Source of the DNA: a virus
Taxonomy: Duplodnaviria > Caudoviricetes
Virus record (IMG/VR): IMGVR_UViG_3300025078_000023
Coordinates: 1-24,637 of that record
Length of the DNA stretch: 24,637 bases
Direction: 5' to 3' (one strand)
This document shows, piece by piece, positions 8,590 through 18,538 of this stretch. A program made the translations under genes and the position numbers. The first letter of the stretch is position 1, and every line of letters begins with the position of its first letter. The notes under the pieces were generated by a model. It did no database searches. It was not told where the DNA came from and worked only from the letters and a program-made list of their open reading frames with translations.

Positions 8590-9926
8590 TGGCAAATGGA
8601 TTAAGTGATATATTAAGTGTATACAGGCAGGGATTGGCATCTGAAAGGCAATCCAGACAGGCTGAAATGCAGTTTGCTTTACAAGCTATGCAATTTGAAT
8701 CTGCTCAAAGGTTTAGAGAAGAAGGTAGGCAAAGAGAAGATATAATGGGAGTCTTAGATTACACCAAGAAATCAGCTGAGCAAGCTAAGAGTTTAGATGC
8801 AGGTGAAATATATTCAAGGATTAGTTCTCTCGAACCAATTATATCAGCTGATGTCGACACAGAAACTATGTCGATTACAAACTCAGATAGTATTATTAAA
8901 ACATTATCAAAACCATTAAATAAACGAGGTAAATATGGGTTTTCAATTGACCAAGCAACTCAAATAGTAACTATAGCAAATTTACATCAAATGGCTGGAA
9001 AGAATGCTAAACTTGTATCAACTGCTCAAAGGGCAACTGAAACATTTGCCAAGCAAGTCGCTAGGGACTATGAGCAATACCCCAATTCTGGACTTATGAA
9101 AGCCATGGAAAAATCTGGATTGATATATAAAGGACTTGACCCATTACAAAAAGAATTATCAGCTGATACCTATCTTGGTGTAAGGGATGCATTAATAGCT
9201 CTTGAAAATATTGATAAGGAACAATCAGAAATTGCATCTGGAGATTATAAAGTAGACACTCCAATAACTATTGGGGATGTGTCTGAATCAGATGTTGGTC
9301 AAATGGATTGGAAACAACTAGCTGTACCTATCGCTAGGGAACTAACAGAGCCTTCACCTACTCAAGTAGACTTGCAATCTATTGATTTAGGAGCAACAGA
9401 TGAAGATATAATTAAATCTTTAGATTTCTTAGACCCTAGCAAAACTGCAGAGGTGAGGGCGGAACTAGAGAGTTTAAATAAAAATATTTCAAAGAAAAGA
9501 GCAAAATTAGATATACTAGCAGTTGAAAGGGATTCTCTGGTTGCTGATTATGAAAAATGGAACGAAGAATTTAATTGGCAAAAAAAGCAAGAGAAGGCAG
9601 CTGGTGTGGCTGGAGATGCTCAATCTGAGCAGAAACATTCTAAAGAAGCTGAAAGATTAGCTAAATTAATAGGACAAAGAAGAGGTGAGGAGACAACCTC
9701 TAAAGCTGCAAAAGAATTTGAAATACAAGAAAATATAGAAATCTTTCCTGCTGGGTATACAAGAAAAGCCTTTGAGGAACCAGGGGCAATTGGGAAAGCA
9801 TTTGGTAAATTCTTTGATGTACCATCTAAAGAATGGGCAGAAGAAACAAAGGGAGTTCAAATCTTACAACTTTCAAATGATATAAGAAAACTAGTGAAAC
9901 AAAGAGAATCTCTTAGCGGTCGGTAG
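8589..9926 (+). CDS. Internal virion protein (445 aa), helical / coiled-coil
   Basis: Coupled to the upstream gene; Q/E/R-rich N-terminus; no Cys; directly precedes the giant ORF. Confidence 0.65.
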   Translation: MANGLSDILSVYRQGLASERQSRQAEMQFALQAMQFESAQRFREEGRQREDIMGVLDYTKKSAEQAKSLDAGEIYSRISSLEPIISADVDTETMSITNSDSIIKTLSKPLNKRGKYGFSIDQATQIVTIANLHQMAGKNAKLVSTAQRATETFAKQVARDYEQYPNSGLMKAMEKSGLIYKGLDPLQKELSADTYLGVRDALIALENIDKEQSEIASGDYKVDTPITIGDVSESDVGQMDWKQLAVPIARELTEPSPTQVDLQSIDLGATDEDIIKSLDFLDPSKTAEVRAELESLNKNISKKRAKLDILAVERDSLVADYEKWNEEFNWQKKQEKAAGVAGDAQSEQKHSKEAERLAKLIGQRRGEETTSKAAKEFEIQENIEIFPAGYTRKAFEEPGAIGKAFGKFFDVPSKEWAEETKGVQILQLSNDIRKLVKQRESLSGR

Positions 9927-9928
9927 AA

Positions 9929-12900
9929 ATGGCTGACAACCTTACTCTTAGATTAAAAGAGGAATTAGAAAAAAGACACGGGAAAATAGTCTCTGAGGCT
10001 GATGTATCCTCGTTTTTACAATCCCAAGGTCTTTTATCTGGTGGGGCCGCTGTTCCACAGACCCCACAACCTATACAATCCCCACAATCTGCCCAAGCTC
10101 CATCATATGAAGGAGTACCACCTTGGGAAATTCCTCAAAATTTACCAGACCAAGAATCTAAAAGTAGTCTTATAAATGCAGTCGGGGCTGGTCTGTGGAC
10201 TTTCTTTGATGTAGCATCTTTTGGAGCTCTCGGTGTTGCAGCTGGTTACGAGGAAAAACAAGGTGATGAGTCTTTTCGTTCAATGATTGACTTTGAAGAC
10301 CCAATGGCTAAATGGACTGGTGCGGTAGGTGGATTAGCTGGGTTTGTAAAAGGAGCTCCAATAAAAATAGGTGGTAGAGTAATGACAAAGATTGCTCAAC
10401 CATTTATAAAAGCAGCTGGATACAAAACTGTAGGTGGAGTATCAAAACAAATGCTTAAAAGGGGGGCTGAACTTGGAGTTGATAAAACAGCAGCTAAGGA
10501 AATTACTCATCATTATTCTAATTTAGCTAGGAGAGCACAAACTGATGTTAATTTTGCAAAAACATTTGGAGAGAAAGCCACTAAATTATTAGTTAATTAT
10601 ACAGATGATGCTCTGCAAATGGGGAAAATAAGTCCAGCTGAATCTGCTGCAATTAGAAAAATGTTTGGCGAAAACTATATGAAGAGACCTTTGCAGGATT
10701 TCATAGGTTTGATGGGGACTAGAATGGCCAATCCTAGACTTGCAAGAGTAGCTGGCTCTTTACTTAATGAATCTATAATGTTTAGTGCGATTGATACTAT
10801 TTTTGAAGGAGTGTCTGTATTAGATGACCATCATTTTGATTGGACAGCTCCAGTTTGGGGGGCTTTTACTGGAGTAGCATTTTCTCAATTACAATGGTTA
10901 AATCCAGTTGGTAAAGGTTCTAAATGGAAACTTGACTTTAAACAGGGAATAAGAGGAGCTTTTGGTAAAAAACCTCAATATCATACATTTAATGACCAAC
11001 AATTAAAAGGGACTGCTAGATTCTTTGGTGAATCACTTGATAGATTTGCAAAAGAGGAACTCAAAACTGTTAAAAATCATGTTGTAAACATAGAAGGCAA
11101 AACTATTGATTTAAGTTCTGATAATGTTTTATTACAAGTTGCTAAGAAATTTGGAGGGTATCAAGCAGGTAAAGATGCTTTAATAAGATATTTTGAATCT
11201 CAAAGAAAATTCTTTGGTAAAGAAATTATGAAATATTCTACTGGAGAGGGGCTTGTTAATATACAAAAGAATTGGTTTAGAATGGCTGCTGGTGGAGTCG
11301 CTTTTAATGCCCATACTCTTGCAGAAATGGCTTTACATGGGACAACGCCAGGGTTCCATGATATGTTACCTCACTTTCTTATAGGCGCCTTTTTACAAGT
11401 TGGTAAAAATCCAGCTAGTTTTGATTTAAACTCTGGAAGAATGAATCAATTTCGTAGTAATCTAAAAATGCTTGGTATAGATTCAAAGCAATTAAATTAT
11501 ATACCATCTCTTGCTAGGACTCCTAATAGATTTAATAATGGTGTAAATAGACAAACTCATCCAGAAACATTAAGGATGTATGAAGAACTTGGAATTGGAA
11601 GTGATATTATTGAACCAACTGATATAAGCCTTAAAGAAGGGGATATAAGTATTAACATTCAAGGTAATTCAAAGTATGAAAAAATTGCTCAAAGAGTTGC
11701 CCCTCAATTCAGACATGGTAAAAGTCCAGATGCTATAAGTACAAAAGATGCTCAAAGACTTGTAGATGCTTTTGAAGCCGAGACTGGAGTTACGAAATTA
11801 GAAGATTATGACAGACATTTTGATAGTTTAGCTGTTGAAAATACAGCTCTATTAGAAAGAGATATTCCTAGTCTTGTTAAACAGGTAATGCTTGCTGATA
11901 AAGGCCAAGAATTGGGAATGAATGAAAAAACTAAAGAAGGTAAAACAATTATTCAAGGCCCTGATGTTATTATGGCTTCTGAAGAAATTTATCAATTAGC
12001 AAGAGAAGGTAAACTTGATTTTATAAAAGATTCTGAAGGGAATACTATTACTGATGGTACTTTAGCATTAGAAAAATTAAATGAAGCTCTTGGTGGATAT
12101 TCTCAAGTTTTTAGGACAAGTAGACTTTTAAATGAAGTAATTGATTTACCTTCTGATAAAATGACAAAAACAGTTCATACATTAGAAACTATTAAAGATA
12201 TTTATGAAAGTATTACTTTAGTAGAAGCTAAAATAAATGATGCTTTTCCAAGTAAAATGTCTTATTCAGATGCTTTCACATTTAAAAACTCAGCCTCAGA
12301 TTATATTATGATACTTGCAAATAATATAAATTTAAAAAATTCAGCTATGGTTAGAGATATTTTTAGTAAAGATTATGGCCAAAGAGATGAATTAATTTCT
12401 TTAATGAGAGCAGCTGGAATTCTTGAAGGAGATTTAGTTAACCCTCTATTAAGAAAGAGTATTGAAAATATTGAGTTTATAAAAGATGATTCTGTTCCAG
12501 AGAACGAAAGAGAAGCTAGGGAAGGTGAACTTAGACGAGGATTAAAGAAAATATTACAATTGCAATCTGTGACTGGAGGTTACGAAAGGTCTGAAGGTGT
12601 TGATAAAAAACCAATTGAAATTGCAGATGCAGAAAAATTAATAGGATTTATATCTGGAGCAGGGTTAAAAGATATATCTAATACGTATGATTGGATGCAT
12701 CAAGAAACTATAAACTTTATCATAAGAGATAAAATTGGTTCTTCAAATCTTGAAATGCAGGAAATGACTGCATTTTTTGAAATAGCAGAAGCAGGGATGG
12801 CTAATTTTAATTTAGATATGAAGTCAGGTCGTCAAGGTTTTGATATAAAATTATTAGATACAACTTTAGTTCCAGAATCAGTTATGGATGCAGCTATTGA

Positions 12901-15900
12901 ATACAATGATTTTGTTAGAAAGATTATTGCAAAAAGTGGAGGGTTAATAGAACCCGCTGGTAAATCGATAGCACAAAGTAAATATGATATACTTGGTTTA
13001 AAAAATCTGTTACCAGAATATAGAAAAAATGGTACACTTAATCGAGATAAAGCTCAAGAGTATTTATATGATTTTATGGAAATACTTCCAAAAAATAGTC
13101 AAATAATGCATGATGTGGCGCAATACACTTTAGAAGGAGGGAGCGCCGATGTTCTTAATTGGTTAATAAGAGCTGGAGTAATGAAATATAGCAATAAATC
13201 TGGTAAACAATATGAGGTTATTGTTGAAAAATTTTCACCTGAATTAGAAGCTAAATTAAAAAATAAAATAAAAAAGAATGGTTTTGATGAACATTATATA
13301 AAAGATGTGATTTCATCAGAGGAACAAGCTTCTCGAGCTGCTCATGGCGATGAAAGATTTATGGTTGACATGGATTCTAAATTTGATATGAATACATTTT
13401 TAGAAAAATATAATATTGAAGGTGTAGATTATTCTGTTAAATCTAAAGAAATGAAACGAGAAGTGTTTGAGAGTTTATTTTTATCTGAGGTAAATGACCC
13501 AAAAGATAGAATACCAGCTGCTCAAATAGTAGAAAATGTTTTAAAAAGAATAGAGATAAAAAATACTACTACTAATAAATATGTAAAATACTCAGAAATT
13601 GATGCAGCCCAAAAAGAATTTGTTAAGAAAGAGATTGTTGGCGATTTAGTAAAATTGATTGCAAGTCAATATAATACAACAAAAATAAATTTTATTAAAA
13701 TGGAAAATGGGCAAATTAAAGAATCCACTAAATTTCAACAAGAAACAAGATTAAATACTCTTTTAAGAGAATTAGAGATATCTCCTGTTATAATTGAAAA
13801 AGAGGTGGTTGATTATGAAATGTTTGAAGGTAGAATACAAAGGGTATTTAAGAACGTATTTACCGATACCACAGATTTACCAAGATGGCAAAGAACCTCT
13901 ATAATAAAATTACACAAAAAATTAAAAGATGATTTAAAATCAAGAGAAACTTCTTTTGGGTTAACGAATCAAGGTGGAATGGAAATTTTTCAAATATCTA
14001 AAGATACTGCCCCAATTGCTATAGCAAGACAAGATTTTCCGAATATGCATGCTAAATATATTGAATTTGCGGATTGGGCTTTAAAACAAAGAAATATAGA
14101 TGGAGGAGTCAAAGGTCAAATACAAAAAATAATTGATAAAATTAACGAACCTACTAAAATAGTTAATAATGAAGAAATTGGTAATCCGACTACTTTTGAT
14201 TATCAATATATGTTATCACAAATTGTGTTTAACGATATGTTAAGAGGTAGTAAAAAAACTTCAGCTTTAGAAGATTTCCTTAATGGATTTGATGTAAGTA
14301 AAACTATGGGTCGTGTAAAACTATATGATTCTAAAAACTTTGTTAAACATGATAGAAGTCTATTAAGCAGTATGATGGAACTTTATAAAAAAGAATTAAA
14401 TGACAATAAGACTCACGATGCAATCGGAAAAATAATGCAACAAAATGGATTTAATGTTGCTATATGGAATGATAAGGATTATGCGAATGTTAATACAGAA
14501 GTTAGAAGTATATTAAAAGAAAATGGATGGAGCCAACAAAAAATAGATAAATTTTTTAAGGATGTTATCGGTGACGCCCATGATAAGTCATCATCATTTG
14601 ATAGCATTGCCTTTGTTCCAATAGGTACGATGAGATATGCTCATTCAATGATGGGGAATAATCCAAATTCTACAAATCCAGTAAAACCTGCTATTGCTTC
14701 TGGTGGTAGAAGTGGTCAGCTTTTACTTGGAAAAACTTTATTTGTTTATGACAAATCATTAGATACTTTTTTCAAAAATAATGATAATGTTGATATTCTA
14801 TTGGCGTCTACTGGAGCTAAATCTTTTAATAAGGGGTTGGATAGAGATGGGTTGGATAGTAGTCTAATAAATAAACCTTATAACCAGATAAATTCTACTA
14901 CAGTTTTAGGAAAACAAAAGATAAGAAAGATTCCTATTGATGCTGTTGGATTTAAGCCTGAGGTTGACAAGCCTTTTAAAGATGCTGTTGAATCTACAAG
15001 TGATTATAACTATATGACCAATGAAGAATCTAAGAATATGTTTAACGAAAACTATCGTGATGATATTATAGATGCTGTTGATGGTATGAGAAAAGAAAAC
15101 ATTAGTGGAGTCACAAGAAGAAGATTTATTTTAGATATATTTGGTAAAGATGCTTTTAGTGTTAGTCCAGAATCAGGTGGAAGTCAGCATTTATCAAACA
15201 TAGCCAAATTTGTTTCAATGCATAGGGATGCCGACCCAATGTCTTATAGTGAAAATATTGTCAAAAATAAAATTTATAATCATTATATAAATAGAATTTT
15301 AAATGGCAAAAGAACTACTATAAAAATAGAAAATGGTAATGATGTTAGATATGGAGGGCAAGCCCCCGTTATACAAGTTGCAGATGCTAGACATAGATTA
15401 AAGCCTACTATTGTAAATGAAGAAGGCAAGATGGAGATGCGTGGAGAAATAATGATTGGGCATCATGAGAGATTTTCAAGCGTTTCTGAAATTGTAAAGA
15501 GTGGAAGACAAATGATTCTTGTTGATGGTGCGAAAACAATAGACCCAAAAGAATTCTTTGGTAGTTATGAAACAAAAAAAGAAGGTAAAAAGTATTATTG
15601 GAATGATTTGTTAGAGGCTGGTTTAGATTTGGGTACTTTGCATGACCTTATTGAAGCTGGGAAAACTGGAGTAACTCCCTATAGCAAAAATCTACAAATT
15701 GGAGTAGTGACAAATAGAAAACCTCATACAAGACCTAATGATACTGCTATTTTAGGATTAAAAGGATTTCTTGATAAAGCATATGGAAAGTCTGCTCTTG
15801 TAAATAGTCTTGATATTGTCAATTTATTTGAAGGTGATTATGATGCTGATAAAGTTGATTACTTTTATGGAGCTAGAAAAGCTGTTCACGAACATGCTAA

Positions 15901-18529
15901 AAGGGTATCTGATTTATTTGTTCAAGCAATTGACCCTGATTATTTAAAAATAGAAACTAACTTTAGTTGGGCAGATGACCCATCGAAAGTTGCAGAAAAT
16001 ATAGAAAGAATGGCTGCAAGTAGTGACCTTGCAAAAAAGACAATTGGGGTAGTCCAAAAAATTCCTAGAAAATTAGGGTATTTAAATAATATTGCTATGG
16101 ATGGGACGAATGACCCTGGTCTTAAAATAAGATTCGGTAAAGATAAAAAACCTAAAATATTATTTATGACTCCAGGCAAGAAAGGTCAAGAATATAGAAT
16201 TACAATAGATTTTGATAATATGGATTATTATACTAGAGCTGCTTTAGAAACTCAATATATGCTTGATATGGGTGGGGGTGTAAACCCAAAACTGATGAGA
16301 GATGTATCTGAGTGGAGTGATGAATTTTTATTTCCTCCAGAAAAAGAAGGTATTACTCCTTCTCAAGTTAGAAAAATGGGTATAGGATTTATTAATAGTA
16401 ATATAAGAAGAAAAACTCCATCTAAAAGAATAAGAATATTTAGGAAATTTGATAAGGAAGGAAATGAATTAGTATTAAATGACCTTGAAAAAAGCATGAT
16501 TAAAACTATGATGTCTGAATATGGTAAGTTTTTAAATGTCGCAGGCAATAAAACATTTAATCAAAAAACAGGTGAACAAAGGTCTGTGACTTATGATAAT
16601 GTATACGAAGCTTCTGATGCATTTTATAATTTTAATAGAGATTTAAGTAAGTCACTTTATTATAAATTAAGATATAAAAAAGATTCAGCTGGTAATCCAT
16701 TTTATAACGATGGTCAATTTAAAAATATGTTTGGTGTGCAAAAAAGCACTTATCAAAAATATGATAAAAAACTAAAGAAAATGGTAGATAAGACTGTTTA
16801 TAAACCTGGAGCTGGTGGCATATTTGTTGATGAGTCTCAGCAAATCAAAAATAATAGTGTAGCAATTTCTGAGGGTAAAAGAGGTGGGGTTTTAGAGAGG
16901 TCTTTGCATCGTGTTTGGGATGCGGATATATTTGGTAATAGAAAAGACGCTGGATTAGAAGCATCCTTTAATGACACTGGTAATATGGTACAATATATGA
17001 ATAGATGGTATGACCAATTAAGAACAGGAGATATAAGTGAATATTCTGGTTCTGTTGATGCTTTGCAAGGTAATATAATGAAAACTGTTACTGACTATAA
17101 TTCAGCAGCTTATTACATAGGTAATCTTAAACAAAAAATTGTAACTACTCAATACAGGACAGATTTACCATATAAGAGTAAAATGTCTATTATTAATAAA
17201 TTAAATAAAGTTATTAGAGGTATTGAGTATAAACTAGCAGACGAAATTGTTCCTCCAGAATATAGGGAGACTTATAAAACTAAAGATTTAAAACCATTTA
17301 AATTTATTCCAGTTAAAGGAAAAGATGTTGACGAAGGACAAGTACAATTTAATACAATTTATTCTATATTGAAACTTCAAAGAGAGTCTGGAGTTGTTTT
17401 ACCACCAGGTGGGCATGAACTTCTTAAATATTTAAAAGATATAAGAAGACAGTATTATAGCAATCAAGAAAATTTAGGAGACATATTTAAATATAAAGAA
17501 AAAACTGTATTAAATAAAGAAAATTTAGATTTTCTTGCTAATATGCCACCCCAGAGTACATTTAGAGAAGTAGAAGATGCTATTCTGCATCAAGGGCTAA
17601 GGGAATATAGTCTTCCTTTTATACTTGAATTTATGGCTACTGCTCAAAATAAAAGACAAATAGGTATTCAAGGTGGTAGATTGGTTGCTATGCCTTTTTC
17701 TAAAAGTGGTAGGTTTAGAAGGGGGTATCAGTTTCTTACTGGTATCGTAAATGCTCCAAAAGGTAATGATAAAAATGTTATGGCAAATTATGAATCTAAT
17801 GAAACATTTCTTGTTGGAAATCTGTTAAGGACTCTTCAAATTACTGAGGCAAATTTTAGAAGATTTCAAAATAGAAGATATGATAAAAGAAATTTTTCTG
17901 ATTCAAATTATATGGAAAATATAGGGACTATAGAAAAACCAGTATATTTATCGTTAGAACATATAAGATTACCTAGTTTTGGTAAAGAATTAGAGAGTGT
18001 AGTTGGTGATTATGCTTCTATACGTTGGGCTAGAGATACTAATAGGATTAGTTCTGGATTTGATAATATGAATGATTCTGTCCTTAGTTATTATAGAGAT
18101 ATAATGGAAGTGGCAGGCAAAGGGCCTGAATTTGAAAAATATGTTGAAATTATGCATGGTTTAAAACAGGATATGATTAAAAATAAAACTATTGACCCAA
18201 TAAAATATTTAGCTACAAAAGCACAAATAGAGAGTGATATTTCAGAAATAGCCAATAAAGTATTAACAGGTGGAATAGATACATCTAAAAACCCAGTTGC
18301 TTATAAAAGATTATTACAAAACCCAATGCATATTATTAATGGTGGAGATGGAGAATCTGGATTTTTTAGGGGAATAAGTCTTGGGACTAAATCTGGATAT
18401 AGTGCAAAAAGATTAAGAGAGGTTGTTAAAGTTCATCAAGAATTATCTAAAGGTGAGACAGAAACAAGATTTAGAACAGAAAAAAGTGAGAAAGATTTAG
18501 ATAGATTTCTTGGGAATTGTAAATTATAG
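9929..18529 (+). CDS. Putative virion-packaged single-chain two-barrel (DPBB) DNA-dependent RNA polymerase (2866 aa)
   Basis: VVTNRKP (R1930)...LFEGDYDADK (D1970/D1972/D1974) parallels beta-prime LLNRAP...NADFDGD. Upstream FDS (D1558), LGKT (K1602) and STGAK (K1631) are candidate motifs of the other barrel. Lies in the virion core cluster. Confidence 0.85.
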   Translation: MADNLTLRLKEELEKRHGKIVSEADVSSFLQSQGLLSGGAAVPQTPQPIQSPQSAQAPSYEGVPPWEIPQNLPDQESKSSLINAVGAGLWTFFDVASFGALGVAAGYEEKQGDESFRSMIDFEDPMAKWTGAVGGLAGFVKGAPIKIGGRVMTKIAQPFIKAAGYKTVGGVSKQMLKRGAELGVDKTAAKEITHHYSNLARRAQTDVNFAKTFGEKATKLLVNYTDDALQMGKISPAESAAIRKMFGENYMKRPLQDFIGLMGTRMANPRLARVAGSLLNESIMFSAIDTIFEGVSVLDDHHFDWTAPVWGAFTGVAFSQLQWLNPVGKGSKWKLDFKQGIRGAFGKKPQYHTFNDQQLKGTARFFGESLDRFAKEELKTVKNHVVNIEGKTIDLSSDNVLLQVAKKFGGYQAGKDALIRYFESQRKFFGKEIMKYSTGEGLVNIQKNWFRMAAGGVAFNAHTLAEMALHGTTPGFHDMLPHFLIGAFLQVGKNPASFDLNSGRMNQFRSNLKMLGIDSKQLNYIPSLARTPNRFNNGVNRQTHPETLRMYEELGIGSDIIEPTDISLKEGDISINIQGNSKYEKIAQRVAPQFRHGKSPDAISTKDAQRLVDAFEAETGVTKLEDYDRHFDSLAVENTALLERDIPSLVKQVMLADKGQELGMNEKTKEGKTIIQGPDVIMASEEIYQLAREGKLDFIKDSEGNTITDGTLALEKLNEALGGYSQVFRTSRLLNEVIDLPSDKMTKTVHTLETIKDIYESITLVEAKINDAFPSKMSYSDAFTFKNSASDYIMILANNINLKNSAMVRDIFSKDYGQRDELISLMRAAGILEGDLVNPLLRKSIENIEFIKDDSVPENEREAREGELRRGLKKILQLQSVTGGYERSEGVDKKPIEIADAEKLIGFISGAGLKDISNTYDWMHQETINFIIRDKIGSSNLEMQEMTAFFEIAEAGMANFNLDMKSGRQGFDIKLLDTTLVPESVMDAAIEYNDFVRKIIAKSGGLIEPAGKSIAQSKYDILGLKNLLPEYRKNGTLNRDKAQEYLYDFMEILPKNSQIMHDVAQYTLEGGSADVLNWLIRAGVMKYSNKSGKQYEVIVEKFSPELEAKLKNKIKKNGFDEHYIKDVISSEEQASRAAHGDERFMVDMDSKFDMNTFLEKYNIEGVDYSVKSKEMKREVFESLFLSEVNDPKDRIPAAQIVENVLKRIEIKNTTTNKYVKYSEIDAAQKEFVKKEIVGDLVKLIASQYNTTKINFIKMENGQIKESTKFQQETRLNTLLRELEISPVIIEKEVVDYEMFEGRIQRVFKNVFTDTTDLPRWQRTSIIKLHKKLKDDLKSRETSFGLTNQGGMEIFQISKDTAPIAIARQDFPNMHAKYIEFADWALKQRNIDGGVKGQIQKIIDKINEPTKIVNNEEIGNPTTFDYQYMLSQIVFNDMLRGSKKTSALEDFLNGFDVSKTMGRVKLYDSKNFVKHDRSLLSSMMELYKKELNDNKTHDAIGKIMQQNGFNVAIWNDKDYANVNTEVRSILKENGWSQQKIDKFFKDVIGDAHDKSSSFDSIAFVPIGTMRYAHSMMGNNPNSTNPVKPAIASGGRSGQLLLGKTLFVYDKSLDTFFKNNDNVDILLASTGAKSFNKGLDRDGLDSSLINKPYNQINSTTVLGKQKIRKIPIDAVGFKPEVDKPFKDAVESTSDYNYMTNEESKNMFNENYRDDIIDAVDGMRKENISGVTRRRFILDIFGKDAFSVSPESGGSQHLSNIAKFVSMHRDADPMSYSENIVKNKIYNHYINRILNGKRTTIKIENGNDVRYGGQAPVIQVADARHRLKPTIVNEEGKMEMRGEIMIGHHERFSSVSEIVKSGRQMILVDGAKTIDPKEFFGSYETKKEGKKYYWNDLLEAGLDLGTLHDLIEAGKTGVTPYSKNLQIGVVTNRKPHTRPNDTAILGLKGFLDKAYGKSALVNSLDIVNLFEGDYDADKVDYFYGARKAVHEHAKRVSDLFVQAIDPDYLKIETNFSWADDPSKVAENIERMAASSDLAKKTIGVVQKIPRKLGYLNNIAMDGTNDPGLKIRFGKDKKPKILFMTPGKKGQEYRITIDFDNMDYYTRAALETQYMLDMGGGVNPKLMRDVSEWSDEFLFPPEKEGITPSQVRKMGIGFINSNIRRKTPSKRIRIFRKFDKEGNELVLNDLEKSMIKTMMSEYGKFLNVAGNKTFNQKTGEQRSVTYDNVYEASDAFYNFNRDLSKSLYYKLRYKKDSAGNPFYNDGQFKNMFGVQKSTYQKYDKKLKKMVDKTVYKPGAGGIFVDESQQIKNNSVAISEGKRGGVLERSLHRVWDADIFGNRKDAGLEASFNDTGNMVQYMNRWYDQLRTGDISEYSGSVDALQGNIMKTVTDYNSAAYYIGNLKQKIVTTQYRTDLPYKSKMSIINKLNKVIRGIEYKLADEIVPPEYRETYKTKDLKPFKFIPVKGKDVDEGQVQFNTIYSILKLQRESGVVLPPGGHELLKYLKDIRRQYYSNQENLGDIFKYKEKTVLNKENLDFLANMPPQSTFREVEDAILHQGLREYSLPFILEFMATAQNKRQIGIQGGRLVAMPFSKSGRFRRGYQFLTGIVNAPKGNDKNVMANYESNETFLVGNLLRTLQITEANFRRFQNRRYDKRNFSDSNYMENIGTIEKPVYLSLEHIRLPSFGKELESVVGDYASIRWARDTNRISSGFDNMNDSVLSYYRDIMEVAGKGPEFEKYVEIMHGLKQDMIKNKTIDPIKYLATKAQIESDISEIANKVLTGGIDTSKNPVAYKRLLQNPMHIINGGDGESGFFRGISLGTKSGYSAKRLREVVKVHQELSKGETETRFRTEKSEKDLDRFLGNCKL

Positions 18530-18538
18530 GATAAAATA

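Noticed and set aside
14834-14859. GGGTTGGATAG repeated twice within the polymerase gene
   Set aside because: Small in-frame duplication (GLDRDGLDS), probably a loop; no further copies seen.
16208-16225. Second acidic motif DFDNMD in the giant protein
   Set aside because: Spacing is not DxDxD and there is no upstream RxP motif; DYDAD is the better catalytic candidate.
4152-16548. Short minus-strand ORFs inside the structural genes (4152, 5648, 6631, 7536, 7944, 8285, 9666, 15940, 16363)
   Set aside because: All lie opposite long, well-supported + strand genes and have shadow-like composition.
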